DNA from: Xenophilus sp.
GTDB taxonomy: Bacteria; Pseudomonadota; Gammaproteobacteria; Burkholderiales; Burkholderiaceae_C
DNA length: 64,000 bases
Direction of reading: 5' to 3'
NCBI GenBank assembly: GCA_047607325.1
Contig: JASGDG010000412.1
Coordinates: 17,711-81,710, forward strand
Positions 54,094 to 63,511 of the stretch are shown piece after piece. Below the pieces are notes generated by a model that saw only the letters and a list, made by a program, of their open reading frames with translations, was not told the origin of the DNA and searched no databases. The translations under genes and the position numbers were made by a program. The first letter of the stretch is position 1, and each line of letters opens with the position of its first letter.

Positions 54094-56418
54094 CTACAGC
54101 TCCAGCACCAGCTTCTGCCCGCAGGCGCGCGAGCAGCAGCTCATCATGCGCTGCCCGGCCTCGCGCTCGCTGCGGGTGAGCACCATGTCGCGGTGGTCGA
54201 TCTCGCCGGCCAGCACGCGCACCTCGCAGGAGCCGCACAGGCCTTCCTCGCAGTCGCTCTGCACGTCGATGTTGGCGGCGCGCAGGGCGGCCAGCAGGGT
54301 CTGGTCGGCGCGCACCGGCACGGTGAGGCCGGAGTCCTTCAGCTCCACCTCGAAGGCATGCTCCTTCGATGGATCGAGCGTGCCGAGCGTGGACTCGAAG
54401 TGCTCGACGCGCAGCGCGTCCTCGGGCCAGCGGGCGCAGGCGGAGGCCAGCGCATCGAGCATGCGCAGCGGGCCGCAGGCGTAGACCTGGGTGCCCGGCT
54501 CGGGCGTGGCGAGCAGGGCGGTCAGGTCCAGCCGCGAGCCTTCGCCGCTCACGTGCAGGTGCAGGTGCTCGCCGTGCAGCGCCTGCAGCTCGGGCAGGAA
54601 GGCCAGCGTGGCGCGGCTGCGGCCGCAGTAGTGCAGCTGGTAGTCGATGCCGAGTTCGCGGGCGCGGCGCGCCATCGCCATGACGGGCGTGATGCCGATG
54701 CCGCCGGCGATGAAGACGATCTTTTTCGCCTCCTCGTCGAGCCGGAAGTGGTTGCGCGGGCCGCGGATGCGCAGGCGGTCGCCGGCCTTCACGTTCGCGT
54801 GCACCCAGTCCGAGCCGCCGCGGCTTTGCGGGTCGCGCAGCACCGCGATCTCCAGCACCGACGCCTCGGCCGGGTCGCCGCACAGCGAGTACTGGCGCGA
54901 CAGGCCCGTGTCGCCGCACTCGATGTCGATGTGCGAGCCGGGCGCCCAGCGCGGCACGGGCTGGCCGTCGGGCGTGGCCAGGCGCAGCTTGACGATGTCC
55001 TGCGCGACGGGCGTGACGCCGTGCACCACCATCGGCCGCGTGATGGCGTGCGCCGAAGGCTCGCCGATGCGCACGGCGGCGCGGGCGTGGCTGCGCAGCG
55101 AAGGATCGCGCCGCTCGGGGTTGCGGGCCGGGTCCCATTCCACCCACAGGTGCTCGGGCCCGCGGAAGGAGGTGTTGGGCACGTAGCTGAACTGCTGCTC
55201 GGCCAGCTTCATGTGCGGCAGGCGGCGCGTGAATTCCTCCAGGAACACCTGCATCTCCATGCGCGCCAGGTTCTTGCCCATGCACTGGTGCGAGCCGTAG
55301 CCGAAGGTGAGGTGGTCGCTGGCGTTGTCGCGGCGGATGTCGAACAGGTCGGCATCGGCGAAGTGGCGCTCGTCGTGGTTGGCCGACGAGGTGACGATCA
55401 GCAGCTTGCTGCCGGCCGGGATGGCGACGCCGCCGACCGTGGTGTCCTGGGTCGCCAGCCGGCGCCAGGCGGCCACCGAGCCGTTGTGGCGCAGGCATTC
55501 CTCGACCGCGTTGGGAATCAGCGCCGGGTCCTCGCACAGGTCGCGCCAGGCGGTGGGGTGCTGCAGCAGCAGCTTCATCGCGTTGGCGGTGGCGTTGGCC
55601 GTGGTCTCGTGCGCGGCCACGATGCCGGCCATCATCATCGAGTGCAGGTAGGAGTCGGTCACCACCTCGGGCAACTGCTTCTGTCTGCGGATGCCGTACT
55701 GCATCCAGCCGGGCGCGTCGGGGTCCTGCCGCATCTTGTCGAGCACCTTGCCCGCGTACTGCCAGAAGTTGCCGACGGCGTGCGCCACGGCCACCTGCTC
55801 CTCGGGCTTGGGGCGGCCCCAGGTGTTGACCGTGTGCGCGATGCTGTACTGGCGCAGCGTGTCCATGTCCTCCTCGGGCACGCCGAGGAAGTGCAGGGCG
55901 ACGGTCAGCGGCACCTCCCACAGCATCTGGTCCACCAGGTCGGCGCGGCCGTCGTCGATGAAGCGGTCGACGTACTCGCGCGCCAGCTGGCGCACCAGCG
56001 GCTCGTGGTGCCGCAGCTGTTCGGGCGTGAAGGGCTCCATCAGCGCGCGGCGGCGCGGCATGTGGGCCGGCTCGTCCTCGTTGACCAGCGTGCGGTTGAG
56101 GGCGAAGCCGTAGCTTTCCAGCACCGCGTTGGCCTCGGGGCCGGTCGGCGTGATCTTCTCCAGCGCGATCGAGGGGCTGAAGGTGAGGTTGTCGCGGAAG
56201 ATGGCCTTGATGTCCGCGAAGCGCGTGACCACCCAGTAGCCCAGCAGCGGGCTGTAGAACACCGGCTCCTGCTCGCGCGCCCAGCGCACGTAGTCGGGCG
56301 GGTCCTGCTGGTAGCCGTCGCTGAAGGGGTCGAAGGCGGCGGCCTGGTGGCTGACGGGGCAGCCGGTGGGCGTCTGCGGCGCGCCGGCGCCGTGGGCTTC
56401 GGTGGAGGCGGTGTTCAT
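54094..56418 (-). CDS. Self-sufficient cytochrome P450-phthalate-dioxygenase-type reductase fusion (CYP116B family)
   Basis: AAHETT I-helix, EECLR, FGYGSHQCMG haem motif, RQYSLC FMN motif, FIAGGIGITP, CEEGLCGSC 2Fe-2S. Confidence 0.95.
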   Translation of the reverse strand: MNTASTEAHGAGAPQTPTGCPVSHQAAAFDPFSDGYQQDPPDYVRWAREQEPVFYSPLLGYWVVTRFADIKAIFRDNLTFSPSIALEKITPTGPEANAVLESYGFALNRTLVNEDEPAHMPRRRALMEPFTPEQLRHHEPLVRQLAREYVDRFIDDGRADLVDQMLWEVPLTVALHFLGVPEEDMDTLRQYSIAHTVNTWGRPKPEEQVAVAHAVGNFWQYAGKVLDKMRQDPDAPGWMQYGIRRQKQLPEVVTDSYLHSMMMAGIVAAHETTANATANAMKLLLQHPTAWRDLCEDPALIPNAVEECLRHNGSVAAWRRLATQDTTVGGVAIPAGSKLLIVTSSANHDERHFADADLFDIRRDNASDHLTFGYGSHQCMGKNLARMEMQVFLEEFTRRLPHMKLAEQQFSYVPNTSFRGPEHLWVEWDPARNPERRDPSLRSHARAAVRIGEPSAHAITRPMVVHGVTPVAQDIVKLRLATPDGQPVPRWAPGSHIDIECGDTGLSRQYSLCGDPAEASVLEIAVLRDPQSRGGSDWVHANVKAGDRLRIRGPRNHFRLDEEAKKIVFIAGGIGITPVMAMARRARELGIDYQLHYCGRSRATLAFLPELQALHGEHLHLHVSGEGSRLDLTALLATPEPGTQVYACGPLRMLDALASACARWPEDALRVEHFESTLGTLDPSKEHAFEVELKDSGLTVPVRADQTLLAALRAANIDVQSDCEEGLCGSCEVRVLAGEIDHRDMVLTRSEREAGQRMMSCCSRACGQKLVLEL

Positions 56419-56491
56419 GGGGGCTCCGGAAAAGGCAAGGGGCCCTGCCGATGGGGCAGGGCCGGCCGCCGGCCGGCGGCGGGGGCGGACG

Positions 56492-57463
56492 CTAGTCCAG
56501 CGTGATGTTCAGGTCGCGGATCAGCTTGTGCCAGCGCGTGGTCTCGCTCTTGAGCAGCTCGGCGAACTGCGCCGGCGTGTCGCCCACCGGCTCGACGCCG
56601 AAGTCGATCAGCTTCTTGTGCACCTCCGGCGCGTTGATGGCGGCGACCACCTGCTTGTTGAGCGCCGCGACCACCTCCGGCGGCGTGGCGGCCTGCACCA
56701 CCATGCCGACCAGTGCGGCGGCCTCGACGTTCTTGTAGCCCAGCTCGGCGAAGGTCGGCACGTCGGGCAGCTGAGGCAGGCGCCTGGCGTTGGCCACGGC
56801 CAGCGGGCGCACCTTGCCGCCCTTGATGAAGCCGGCGCCGGCCGCCAGGTCGACCATCATGGCCGGCACCTGGCCGCCCGCCACGTCGGCCAGGGCCGGG
56901 GCGGCGCCGCGGTAGGGCGCATGGGTCATCTTCAGGCCGGCTTCGGTTTTGAGCAGCTCCATCGCCAGGTGGTGCGGGCTGCCGGCACCGGCCGAGGCGT
57001 AGTTGATGCCTTCCGGGTTGGCCTTGACCTCGGCGATGAACGCTTTCGCGTCCTTGGCCTTCACGCCCGGGCTGACCACCAGGATCATCGGGAAGCGGCC
57101 CATCAGCGTCACGGGCGCCAGGTCCTTGGTCGGGCTGTAGCTCAGGCTCTTGTAGAGCGCCGGGTTGAAGACCAGGGTGCCGTTGTCGGCCGACAGCACG
57201 GTGTAGCCGTCGGGCGCGGAGCGGGCCACGTCGGCGGCGGCGATGGCGGTGTTGCCGCCGGGCTTGTTGTCCACCACCACCGGCTGGCCGATCTGCGTGG
57301 ACAGCTGCTGGCCGATGGTGCGGGCCAGGAAGTCCGAGCCGCCGCCGGCCGGGTAGGGCACCAGCCAGCGCATCGGCTTGGACGGCCAGTTCTGGGCCTG
57401 GGCCGCCAGCGGCGCGGCGACGAGGGGGAGGGCGAGCAGGCAGCCCGCGATCAGCTTCTTCAT
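56492..57463 (-). CDS. Bug/TctC tripartite tricarboxylate transporter substrate-binding protein
   Basis: Signal peptide; VPYPAGGGSD, VDNKPGG, YASAGAGS, PYRGAAPA. Confidence 0.93.
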   Translation of the reverse strand: MKKLIAGCLLALPLVAAPLAAQAQNWPSKPMRWLVPYPAGGGSDFLARTIGQQLSTQIGQPVVVDNKPGGNTAIAAADVARSAPDGYTVLSADNGTLVFNPALYKSLSYSPTKDLAPVTLMGRFPMILVVSPGVKAKDAKAFIAEVKANPEGINYASAGAGSPHHLAMELLKTEAGLKMTHAPYRGAAPALADVAGGQVPAMMVDLAAGAGFIKGGKVRPLAVANARRLPQLPDVPTFAELGYKNVEAAALVGMVVQAATPPEVVAALNKQVVAAINAPEVHKKLIDFGVEPVGDTPAQFAELLKSETTRWHKLIRDLNITLD

Positions 57464-57581
57464 CGTGTCTCCTTGAAGGGAATCAAAGGGTGTTCATGTA
57501 TTGCGTAATTGTTATCCGCATTGCGTAATCAGATGATCCGGGCTAACCCGGACACAATCTGCGTCGTTTGTTGCCCGACCC

Positions 57582-58397
57582 ATGCCCCGCTCCCCCTCCC
57601 CCGAACCGCTTCCCCGCCCCCGCGAGCGCCGCCAGCGCGTCCAGGCCGCCGAGACCGGCATGGCCGTGCTCAAGGGCCTGGCCCGCCTGGGCGGCCGAGC
57701 CAGCCTGACGGCGCTGTCCACCCAGGTGGGCGAGCCGCCGGCCAAGGTGCACCGCTACCTGGCCAGCCTGAGCGAGGAGGGCCTGGTCTCGCAGGACGCC
57801 GGTTCGCAGCAGTACTTCCTGGGGCCGGAGGCCCTTCGCATCGGCATGGCCGCCATGCGCCAGGCCGACCCGATCCGCGTGGCCGAGCCGGCGCTGGTGC
57901 GGCTGCGCGAGTCGCTGGAGGTCACCTGCTTCATCGCCGTGATGGGCAACAAGGGGCCGACCATCGTGCGCTTCGAGGAGCCGGGGCTGCCGGTGACGGT
58001 GAACGTGCGCGTGGGCTCGGTGCTGCCGCTGCTGTGGTCGGCCACCGGGCGGGCCTTCCTCGGCTTCCTCGACGAGCGCGCGGTGCAGGCGCTGGCCGAG
58101 CAGGAGCTGGCCTCCGCCACGCCCGAGCAGCGCGCCCTGCTGCCGTCGGCCGACCCGGTCGGCACGCTGCAGCGCGAGGTGCACGCGGCCGGTTGCGCCG
58201 CCGTGCGCGACACCAACCTGCGCGGCATCAGCGCCGTGGCGGCGCCGCTGTTCGACCACGCCGGGCGCGTCTGCGCGGTGCTCACCGCGCTCGGCGCTAC
58301 CGGCGGCTTCGACGCCTCGGTGGACGGGTCGGTCGCACAGGCCGTGCGGCGCGAGGCGCGGGCCATCAGCGCCGTGCTCGGGCACGACCGGTCATGA
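57582..58397 (+). CDS. IclR-family regulator
   Basis: N-terminal HTH (PPAKVHRYLASL); LLWSATGRAFL; GISAVAAPLFD. Confidence 0.92.
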   Translation: MPRSPSPEPLPRPRERRQRVQAAETGMAVLKGLARLGGRASLTALSTQVGEPPAKVHRYLASLSEEGLVSQDAGSQQYFLGPEALRIGMAAMRQADPIRVAEPALVRLRESLEVTCFIAVMGNKGPTIVRFEEPGLPVTVNVRVGSVLPLLWSATGRAFLGFLDERAVQALAEQELASATPEQRALLPSADPVGTLQREVHAAGCAAVRDTNLRGISAVAAPLFDHAGRVCAVLTALGATGGFDASVDGSVAQAVRREARAISAVLGHDRS

Positions 58398-59602
58398 GCG
58401 TCACCCGGTCCCGGCAAGGCATCGCGTTCACCCTGCTGCTGCCGCTCCTGCTGGCGGCCCAGCCCGTGGCCACCGACAGCTACCTGCCGGCGCTGCCCGC
58501 GATCGCGCATGCGCTGGGCTCGGCCACCGCCAGCCTCACCGTCTTCGTGCTCGCCTTCGGCTGCGCGCAGCTGCTGTGCGGGCCCTGGGCCGACCGCTTC
58601 GGCCGCCGGCCGGTGCTGCTGGCCGGGCTGGGCTGCTACGCGCTGGCGGCGCTGGGCTGCGCGCTGGCGCCCAGCGTGCCCTGGCTGGCCGCCGGGCGCG
58701 CGCTGCAGGGCTTCGCCATGGCGGCCATCCTGGTGTGCGCGCGGGCGGCAGTGCGCGACCTGTACCCGGCGCACGAAGGGCCGCACGTCATGGCGCGCGG
58801 GCTGACCGGCCTGGGCGTGGTGGGGCTCGCCGCGCCCATCGTCGGCGCCTGGCTGGTGCAGGGCGCCGGCTGGCGCTGGGTGCTGGCGGCGATGGCCGCC
58901 TACGCGGCCGTGCTGTTCGCGCTGTGCTGGCGCGGCTTCGCCGAGACGCACCGCCCGGTGGCGCCGGGCGAGCCCGCCACGCCGGTGGCGCGCGGCAGCG
59001 CCCGGCAGGTGTTCGCCAGCGGCAGCTTCCGCGCCTGGGCCGCGGTGGCGGCGGCCACCTATGGCGGGCTGTTCTGCTTCCTGCTGCTGTCGCCCATGGT
59101 CTACATCGACCTGCTGGGCCTGTCGCCGGCGGTGTACGGCTGGATCCCGGCCGGCGGCTCGCTGGTCTACATCGCCAGCACCACGATGTGCCGGCGGCTG
59201 CTGCGCCGCTGGGGCGCGGTGCGCACGGTGCAGTTGGGCGCCTCGCTCAGCCTGGCGGGCGCGCTGGTGCAGGCGCTGGGCTGCGCGCTCGCGCCGGCCT
59301 CGCCGGTCCCGCTGCTGGCGGGCCATGCCGTCTACGTGCTGGGGCACGGCATCCACCAGCCCTGCGGCCAGGCGGGCGCGGTGGGCGACCTGCCGCACCT
59401 GGCGGGGCGGGCCGTGTCGTGGTCAGGCTTCGGGATGATGCTGGTCGCCTTCTGCGTGGGCCAGACCGCGGCCGCCTTCGTGCGCCCCGGCATGCCGCAC
59501 GGCGCCTGGCCGATGGTGCTGCCGATGGTGGCGGCCGGCGCCGCGCTGATGGCGATCGCCTTCGGCTGGCTGCCGCGGCTGTACCCGGCGCGGATGCGCT
59601 AA
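58394..59602 (+). CDS. Bcr/CflA-family MFS efflux transporter
   Basis: TDSYLPALP; WADRFGRRPVLL motif A; about 12 hydrophobic helices. Confidence 0.88.
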   Translation: MSVTRSRQGIAFTLLLPLLLAAQPVATDSYLPALPAIAHALGSATASLTVFVLAFGCAQLLCGPWADRFGRRPVLLAGLGCYALAALGCALAPSVPWLAAGRALQGFAMAAILVCARAAVRDLYPAHEGPHVMARGLTGLGVVGLAAPIVGAWLVQGAGWRWVLAAMAAYAAVLFALCWRGFAETHRPVAPGEPATPVARGSARQVFASGSFRAWAAVAAATYGGLFCFLLLSPMVYIDLLGLSPAVYGWIPAGGSLVYIASTTMCRRLLRRWGAVRTVQLGASLSLAGALVQALGCALAPASPVPLLAGHAVYVLGHGIHQPCGQAGAVGDLPHLAGRAVSWSGFGMMLVAFCVGQTAAAFVRPGMPHGAWPMVLPMVAAGAALMAIAFGWLPRLYPARMR

Positions 59603-59649
59603 AGACCTGCCGACCGCAGCGTCTTGGCCGCGGGCACAGAATGTGCGGG

Positions 59650-60330
59650 ATGAACACGCCCACGACCCTGCAGATCGACTTCGTGTCCGACGTCTCATGC
59701 CCCTGGTGCGCCGTGGGCCTGGCTTCGCTGGAGCGCGCGCTGGCGCGCGTGGCGCCGGACATCCGCGTCGAGCTGCGCTTCCAGCCCTTCGAGCTGAACC
59801 CGGACATGGCGCCCGAGGGCGAGGATTCGATCGAGCACCTGATGCGCAAGTACGGCATCGGCGAGGCCCAGGTGCGCGCCAACGGCGAGGCGCTGCGCCA
59901 GCGCGGCGAAGCGGTGGGCTTCCCCTTCGACCTGGACAGGCGCAAGCGCGTGTGGAACACCTTCGACGCGCACCGCCTGCTGCACTGGGCCGAGCACGAG
60001 GGGCTGGACCGGCAGCTCGCGCTGAAGAAGTCGCTCTTCAAGGCCTACTTCATCGACGGGCAGAGTCCCGCCGACCACGCGCTGCTGGTGCGCCTGGCCG
60101 GCGAGGCCGGGCTGGACGAGGCGCGCGCCCGTGCGATCCTGGTGGGCGACGAATTCGCCGCCGAGGTGCGCGAGCGCGAGCGCCTCTATACCGGCGCCGG
60201 CATCCATTCCGTGCCCGCCGTCATCGTCAACCGGCAGCACCTGATCTCCGGCGGCCAGCCGGTGGAGGTGTTCGAGCGCGCGCTGCGGCAGATCGCGGGG
60301 GCGCAGCCGCCGGCGGCGCTGGCCGCCTGA
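59650..60330 (+). CDS. DsbA-family (FrnE-like) oxidoreductase
   Basis: DFVSDVSCPWC, PFELNP, NTFDAHRL, SVP, ISGGQP. Confidence 0.9.
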   Translation: MNTPTTLQIDFVSDVSCPWCAVGLASLERALARVAPDIRVELRFQPFELNPDMAPEGEDSIEHLMRKYGIGEAQVRANGEALRQRGEAVGFPFDLDRRKRVWNTFDAHRLLHWAEHEGLDRQLALKKSLFKAYFIDGQSPADHALLVRLAGEAGLDEARARAILVGDEFAAEVRERERLYTGAGIHSVPAVIVNRQHLISGGQPVEVFERALRQIAGAQPPAALAA

Positions 60331-60338
60331 CGCGCGGC

Positions 60339-61667
60339 TCAGCGCGGCGGCCTCTCGGGCGCTTTCACGTCCGGCACCACGCGCGCATAGCGCTGGAAGG
60401 TCCAATAGGCGCTGGCCCAGTCCATCAGCACGATGAATCGGTTGCGAAAGCCGATCAGGAAGTACACGTGCACGAACAGCCAGAACAGCCAGGCGAAGTG
60501 GCCCGAGAAGCGCAGCGGCCCGAAGGGCGTGGGCAGGTCCACCACCGCTGAGTTGCGGCCGATGGTGGCCAGGTTGCCCCAGTCGCGGTAGCGGAAGGGC
60601 TTGGCCGGCCGGCCGGCGATGCGCGCCAGCAGGCTGGCTGCCGCCGCGCGGCCCATCTGCTTGGCCCCGGGCGAGACGCCGGGCACCGGCCGCGGCGGCT
60701 GGCCCGGTACGTGGCTCATCGCGGCGGCCAGGTCGCCGACCACGCTGATCTCCGGGTGGCCGGGCAGGCTCAGATCCGGCTCCACCTTCACGCGGCCGGC
60801 GCGGTCGCACTCGGCGCCCGTGGCGGCCGCCAGCAGGCGGCCCAGCGGCGAGGCGGCCACGCCGGCGGCCCAGACGATGCACCGGCTGTCGATGCGCTCG
60901 GTGCCGCCGCCTGAGGCCTTGAGCTCCAGACCGTCGGCGTCGATGCGCGTCACCATCGCGTCGACGCGCACCTTCACGCCCAGATGCTCCAGCTGTTCCT
61001 GTGCGCGCTGGCTCAGCTTCCCGGGCATGGCCTGCAGCACGCGCGGGCCGCCTTCGAGCAGCAGCACCTCGGCCTCGGCCGGCACGATGCGGCGGAACTC
61101 GCCGGCCAGCGTGTGGCGCGCGATCTCGGCCAGCGTGCCGGCCATCTCCACGCCGGTCGGCCCGCCGCCGATCACCACGAAGGTCAGCAGCGCGCGGCGG
61201 CGCACCGGGTCGCTTTCCAGTTCGGCCAGCTCGAAGGCGAGCAGCACGCGGCGGCGGATTTCGAAGGCGTCGGCCAGCGTCTTCAGGCCGGGCGCATCGG
61301 CGGCCCAGGCGTCGTTGCCGAAATAGCTGTGCGTGGCGCCGGCCGCCACGATCAGGTGGTCGTAGGGCAGCCGGTGGCCGTCGGCCAGGCGGACGGTGCG
61401 CGCCGCGGCGTCGATGGCCGTGACCTCGCCGAGCAGCGTGGTCACGTTGGGCTGGGCGCGGAACAGCAGCCGCGCCGGCGCCGCGATCGAGGGCGCCGCC
61501 AGCCCGGCGGTCGCCACCTGGTAGAGCAGGGGCTGGAACAGGTGGTGGTTGGTCTTCTCGACCACCGTCACGTCCACCGCCGCGCCGCGCAGGGCGCGCG
61601 CTGCCTCCAGGCCGCCGAAGCCGCAGCCGACGATGACCACGCGGGGCCGGGAGGGCGGTGCCGTCAT
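60339..61667 (-). CDS. Type II NADH dehydrogenase-like FAD oxidoreductase
   Basis: VVIVGCGFGG, HLFQPLLYQVAT, VIGGGPTGVEMAG, WAAGV, GDLA. Confidence 0.9.
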   Translation of the reverse strand: MTAPPSRPRVVIVGCGFGGLEAARALRGAAVDVTVVEKTNHHLFQPLLYQVATAGLAAPSIAAPARLLFRAQPNVTTLLGEVTAIDAAARTVRLADGHRLPYDHLIVAAGATHSYFGNDAWAADAPGLKTLADAFEIRRRVLLAFELAELESDPVRRRALLTFVVIGGGPTGVEMAGTLAEIARHTLAGEFRRIVPAEAEVLLLEGGPRVLQAMPGKLSQRAQEQLEHLGVKVRVDAMVTRIDADGLELKASGGGTERIDSRCIVWAAGVAASPLGRLLAAATGAECDRAGRVKVEPDLSLPGHPEISVVGDLAAAMSHVPGQPPRPVPGVSPGAKQMGRAAAASLLARIAGRPAKPFRYRDWGNLATIGRNSAVVDLPTPFGPLRFSGHFAWLFWLFVHVYFLIGFRNRFIVLMDWASAYWTFQRYARVVPDVKAPERPPR

Positions 61668-61708
61668 GCGGGGGATTATGGGCGCAGGCATGACCGCCAA
61701 ACGAGCCC

Positions 61709-61861
61709 GAGGAGGGCGAGACCCTGCACACCGAGGATTCGCACAAGTTCACCCTCGACGGGCTGCGGGCGCTGGCGGTGCGCGCGGGCTTCGGCGCCGG
61801 CCCGGTGTGGGCGGATCCCGGGCGCCTGTTCAGCGTGCACCGGCTGCCCACTGCACAATAG
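61709..61861 (+). pseudogene. egtD: 3' remnant of EgtD (histidine N-alpha-methyltransferase)
   Basis: Translates EEGETLHTEDSHKFTLDGLRALAVRAGFGAGPVWADPGRLFSVH*, matching the EgtD C-terminal motif GEx(I/L)HTExSxK(Y/F)...W.D...FS; no 5' part. Confidence 0.7.
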
Positions 61862-61914
61862 CCTCTTCGCCCCGGGCCCCGTGCAGCCCGCGCGGCTGCA
61901 ACGAGGCCCTTCAC

Positions 61915-62196
61915 ATGAAAGCCACCTGGAACGGCGTAACCATCGCCGAGAGCGACGACACCGTGCTCGTCGAAGGCAACCACTACTTTCCCGCCGATTC
62001 GCTGCGGCGGGAGTACGTGAGCTTCAGCAACAACCATACCGTGTGCCCGTGGAAGGGCACGGCCAGCTACTACTCGCTGCTGGTCGACGGCGAGCTCAAC
62101 CCCGAGGCCGTGTGGTACTACCCCGACCCGAAGCCCGAGGCCGAGATGGTGCGCGGCCGCGTGGCTTTCTGGAAAGGCGTGAAAGTAGCGCCGTGA
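61915..62196 (+). CDS. DUF427 protein
   Basis: AESDDTVLVEGNHYFP...CPWKGTASYY...AVWYYPDP. Confidence 0.92.
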   Translation: MKATWNGVTIAESDDTVLVEGNHYFPADSLRREYVSFSNNHTVCPWKGTASYYSLLVDGELNPEAVWYYPDPKPEAEMVRGRVAFWKGVKVAP

Positions 62197-62930
62197 CCAC
62201 CACCGCCTACAGCCCGCCCTTCACGCCGCCCGAGGAACTGCCCACCGCGCTGCGCCAGGAAGGCTACGCGGTGCTCAGCCCCAAGGGCACCAGCGACTGG
62301 CTGGGCCGCCCGCTGGCCGAGCTGGAGGTCCTGCATGCCGACTGGGGGCGGCTGCCGCCCGACGACTACCTCAAGGACGGCGGGCGCTACCGCACGCGCC
62401 GGCATGCGTGCTTCGTCGCCGAGGGGGAGGCGCTTCAGCAGGTACCGCACCGCCCCCACTGGCAGCCGCTGGAATACAACGCGCTGCACGGCGGCATGCA
62501 GCGCTGGTTCGCGCCGATGGAGGACGCCACCGTCTCGCGCCCCGTCTGGCACGCGCTGCTGCTGCGCCTGGCCGGCGCCGCCAGCGCGCTGCGCGGCCCG
62601 CAGCGCTGGTTCATCGAGGCGCACCAGTTCCGCATCGACACCGAGGGCGGCATTGGCCGCCCGACGCCCGAGGGCGCGCACCGCGACGGCGTCGACCTGG
62701 TGGCGGTGGCGCTGGCCGGCCGGCACGGCATCAAGGGCGGCGAGACGCGCGTGTTCGAGGGCCGGCGCGGCGAGCGCTTCACCCTGGCCGAGCCGTGGAC
62801 GCTGATGCTGCTGGACGACGCGCGCGTGATCCACGAATCCACGCCGATCCAGCCGCTGCATGAGGGCGAGAGGGGCTGGCGCGACACGCTGGTCCTCACC
62901 TGCCGGGCCGGCGGCTTCCAGGGCGATTGA
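62193..62930 (+). CDS. 2OG-Fe(II) dioxygenase family protein
   Basis: DGGRYRTRR, EAHQFRI, PEGAHRDG, VIHESTPI, RDTLV. Confidence 0.88.
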   Translation: MTTTAYSPPFTPPEELPTALRQEGYAVLSPKGTSDWLGRPLAELEVLHADWGRLPPDDYLKDGGRYRTRRHACFVAEGEALQQVPHRPHWQPLEYNALHGGMQRWFAPMEDATVSRPVWHALLLRLAGAASALRGPQRWFIEAHQFRIDTEGGIGRPTPEGAHRDGVDLVAVALAGRHGIKGGETRVFEGRRGERFTLAEPWTLMLLDDARVIHESTPIQPLHEGERGWRDTLVLTCRAGGFQGD

Positions 62931-63067
62931 CCTGCCGCGAGGGGGCGGCGGGCCCACGCCCGGCGTCCTACACGGCCGGCGCGCCCGGCACGCTACATTC
63001 GGGAGGTTCCGTCGCGCCTGCCCCGGGCCAGGCGCGAGAGGCCCACCAGACAACGCGAGGTCACGTC

Positions 63068-63511
63068 ATGTTCAATCACATCCTGGTTCCCATCGACGGC
63101 TCCGAAACGTCCATGCTCGCGGTGAGCAAGGCCAGCGGCCTCGCGCTGGCCTTCGGCAGCCGCATCACGCTGATCCACGTGATCGACAACTACCCTTTCA
63201 TCGGCGTCGGCGCGGACTATGCGCTGGGGCAGAACGAATACCTCGCGGCGGCCACGGCGAGCGCGAATGCGGCGCTGGCGCGCGGCGTGGCGGCGCTGGC
63301 GGCCGAGGGGCTGCACAGCGACCAGCGCGTGATCGACGGCCACGTGGTGCACGAGGGCATCGTCGACACCGCCGCCGCGCTGGGCGCGGACCTGATCGTG
63401 ATGGGCTCGCACGGCCGCACCGGCATCGAGAAACTGCTGCTGGGCAGCGTGACCCAGCGCGTGCTGCAGGAATCGCTGGTGCCGGTGCTGGTGGTCAAGG
63501 GCAGTCTCTGA
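63068..63511 (+). CDS. Universal stress protein
   Basis: ILVPIDGS...DLIVMGSHGRTG...LLGSVTQRVL. Confidence 0.93.
   Translation: MFNHILVPIDGSETSMLAVSKASGLALAFGSRITLIHVIDNYPFIGVGADYALGQNEYLAAATASANAALARGVAALAAEGLHSDQRVIDGHVVHEGIVDTAAALGADLIVMGSHGRTGIEKLLLGSVTQRVLQESLVPVLVVKGSL

Noticed and set aside
57509-58393. 697-aa ORF suggesting a fusion upstream of the MFS
   Set aside because: The upstream part is an off-frame read of the IclR gene; the MFS starts at ATG 58394
60984-62192. 648-aa ORF as a long dioxygenase fusion
   Set aside because: The 5' part is antisense to NDH-2 and off-frame to DUF427; the real gene starts at GTG 62193
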